A DNA stretch of 64,000 bases from Callorhinchus milii (lineage: Eukaryota). Shown here piece after piece: positions 61,696 to 64,000 of this stretch (its first letter is position 1; the number at the start of each line of letters is the position of its first letter). Below the pieces are notes generated by a model that was given only the letters and a program-made list of their open reading frames with translations, was not told where the DNA came from and ran no database searches. Made by a program: the position numbers and the translations under genes. The stretch covers positions 61,506,001 to 61,570,000 of the forward strand of contig NW_024704743.1 of the NCBI RefSeq assembly GCF_018977255.1. The letters are read 5' to 3'.

Positions 61696-62919
61696 GCTTC
61701 TCTTCTAATGCTGGGCCATTGTAAGACATCAAAAGTACAGGATTACAAAGCCCCATTCATTAAACTAGTAAAACATTGTTAATTTTATGAAAACACATCA
61801 TGACTGCAGTTTAATATAACACTTTTGAAATTTAGCAAGTTGTTAGCCAAGCACTTCAATGCTGATTTCATAGCTGAAGTTTTACGTTAACCCAAAGAAT
61901 CGGCCAAGGAAAATTTATTCATTTTCTCCTCAATAAGATAAGGGAGCAAGACAAGTCCATTCAAAGGAATCACATCCACAGACCAAGCAGAGCAGAACAT
62001 ATCCTGGACTAGACCATCTGATGAAAGATTTTCCCAAAGATATTTGAGCAGACTGTCCTGAAGTATTCATTCTCCCAGTGTCCTAGTCAACAATCCCCCA
62101 AATAAAATTGGTCATTCACTTTGTGACTGTTTGTGAAACATTACTGTTTGCAAACTGGCTACCACATTCACCTACAAATACAGTCTCTACACTTCACAGT
62201 AAAATTCTGTGAAGAACTTTGAGAAGTGTAGATGGTGTGATGAGGTGATATATCAAGTGCAAGGATTATTATTTTAAGGCTGTTTGCATGAAAATGAAAG
62301 CAGGATATGAATATTCTATGATTATCAGTGTTTAAAGTGAGTCAACCAAACAGGGAGTCTCGAATCAAAAACTTTCATTTTCTGCATCACCTTGTGTATA
62401 AATATCTTTCTTCATCCACAGTGGAGAACTTTTGTCAGCCATTTGCAATGGATGTGTTTACTCAATGAATTTTTTGGTCTTCCCCTTGTGTTATCTTTTG
62501 CTTTGGTTCTCTTAAACTGATGAAAACTGTTCTCCCTTTTTTAATTTACTCCTTTTTAAATATTCATCTAGTTCTATTTTAAAAGCTAATATAGATTCTG
62601 AGTGGGAAAAAAATTATCTTAACCTCCCTATTTGCTGGTTTGCTAATATCTTAAGTCGATGCCCTCTATTTACTGAGGGCATCAATTTAAGATGGTCTGT
62701 GTCCTGGCAAACAATCCCCACATAAAATTGATCATTCACTTCATGGCTGTTTGTGGGACATTGTTACACGCAAATAGGCTGTCATGTTTGCCACAAAGTT
62801 CACGGTCACTGCACTTTACAGTAAATCCTGTGAAGCACTTTGAGATATGTTGATGACGTGATAAGGCACTGTATGAAATGGAATTTTATTATTGTTATTT
62901 ATTATTAATGAATAATAAT

Positions 62920-63190
62920 ATTCGAGGTCTTTAAAATTATGAAAAGTTTTGCAAGAGTCAATAGGGAGAAATGATTCCCACTGGTTGGAGACTCAGTCTG
63001 ATTAAATTAATGGCATCAATTTAAAATAGTTAGAAACAAGGAAATAAGGAGGTTAAGATAATTGTTATCACACAAATCTAAAAACAAGGTTAACTACAGG
63101 ATATAGGGGAAAAGGCAGGTAAATGGGACTGAAAGTATTGTTCTTTAAAAGAGCCAACACAGACACTTCTGTACTGTACATTTTAATGGT
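62920..63190 (+). mobile_element. CR1 3' end
   Basis: EVFKIMKSFARVNREK.FPLV-like remnant and CR1 tail. Confidence 0.7.
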
Positions 63191-63744
63191 TTTATGGATC
63201 GCCTTTGAAACTCATAACCCCATTGGCTGGAAATAAAACAAAAGAGCAATCAGCAAGTTATTTCCTTCCTCATTGTGGAAAAGGGTAGGTCTTCACTGTG
63301 TGATTTTCTCTAAACCATAGGAATCTTGTTACTATACATGGAAATTTTAGGGGGAAAAAATGCATTTTACCATTTTGAGGCAAAATCAGATGTGTAAAAA
63401 GACAGGGAAATGGGATTAAAGAGATAGCTCTTACTGAAAGCTGATATAGGTTTGATAGGATGATTAGCCTCTCACAGTACCAAAAAAATCATGATTCTAA
63501 CCTGTCATGGGAGACTGAAGGGGAAACAAAAGTCAGCAACAATTCATAACAAAGTCATTCCGATGCTCCACTTAGGCAAGCTATCAAAAATGCATGGTTA
63601 AAGAATAATTGAGACAAAGCAACATGAGAGGTTTTGATTCATCCCACCTGCTCTCGCACTTGTCTCAACCCTCTTATAATAATGTATGATAGCAATATAA
63701 TAATATCAGCTCAGGTGATGACACTATCAATGCATGGATGCTTA

Positions 63745-63930
63745 TAATAATAAACCTTGCATTTGATGTAGCGCTTTATCACATCTTCAAGACGTCTCAA
63801 AGCGCTTCACAGAATATACAGTAAAGTGAATTGGCTGGATAATATGTGTGCAAAGCGGGCAGGCAATTGCACACAGTAGTGTCCCACAATAAGTCGTGGA
63901 TTGAGTGACCAAATTTTTTTATTATTATTT
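63745..63930 (-). mobile_element. Young SINE 3' part
   Basis: Tail and core in reverse complement. Confidence 0.85.
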
Positions 63931-64000
63931 TGTTTATTTTATTTATTCCAGCTTTTGGAGCTTGTGCGTAATGTCGCTGTCTTGTTTGATTCCCACTGTC

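Noticed and set aside
16567..62525. Other plus-strand CTGATGA occurrences (about 16567, 18011, 25723, 45821, 48803, 62018, 62517)
   Set aside because: None is followed by a stem II plus GAAA, so they are not hammerheads.

Overview
Non-coding, transposon-dense vertebrate DNA. The repeat content points to a cartilaginous fish, plausibly a chimaera such as Callorhinchus; this is inferred from family resemblance, not a search. I found no recognisable host protein-coding exon, true RNA gene or CRISPR array. Retroelements: (i) L2 LINE fragments of two subfamilies, one with an uninterrupted RT-to-C-terminus frame at 63-1286; (ii) about 18 copies of a young tRNA(Ala)-headed SINE that shares the L2 3' tail, in long and short forms; (iii) an older Deu-domain SINE; (iv) CR1 remnants; (v) a solo LTR with TSD at 5173-5856; (vi) a Penelope-like element (RT + Cys knuckle + GIY-YIG) at 53788-56120 with an inverted terminal repeat containing a minimal hammerhead-ribozyme motif. 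DNA transposons: a hAT-type MITE and an internally deleted pogo/Tigger element that retains a PIP-box tail. Other notable structures: a 128-bp fold-back inside a rearranged L2, a 42-bp templated inverted insertion, a covarying LINE/SINE tail stem-loop, and a dispersed repeat I cannot name that has a recurring hairpin. Most ORFs in the supplied track are repeat artefacts. Boundaries of degenerate repeats are approximate.
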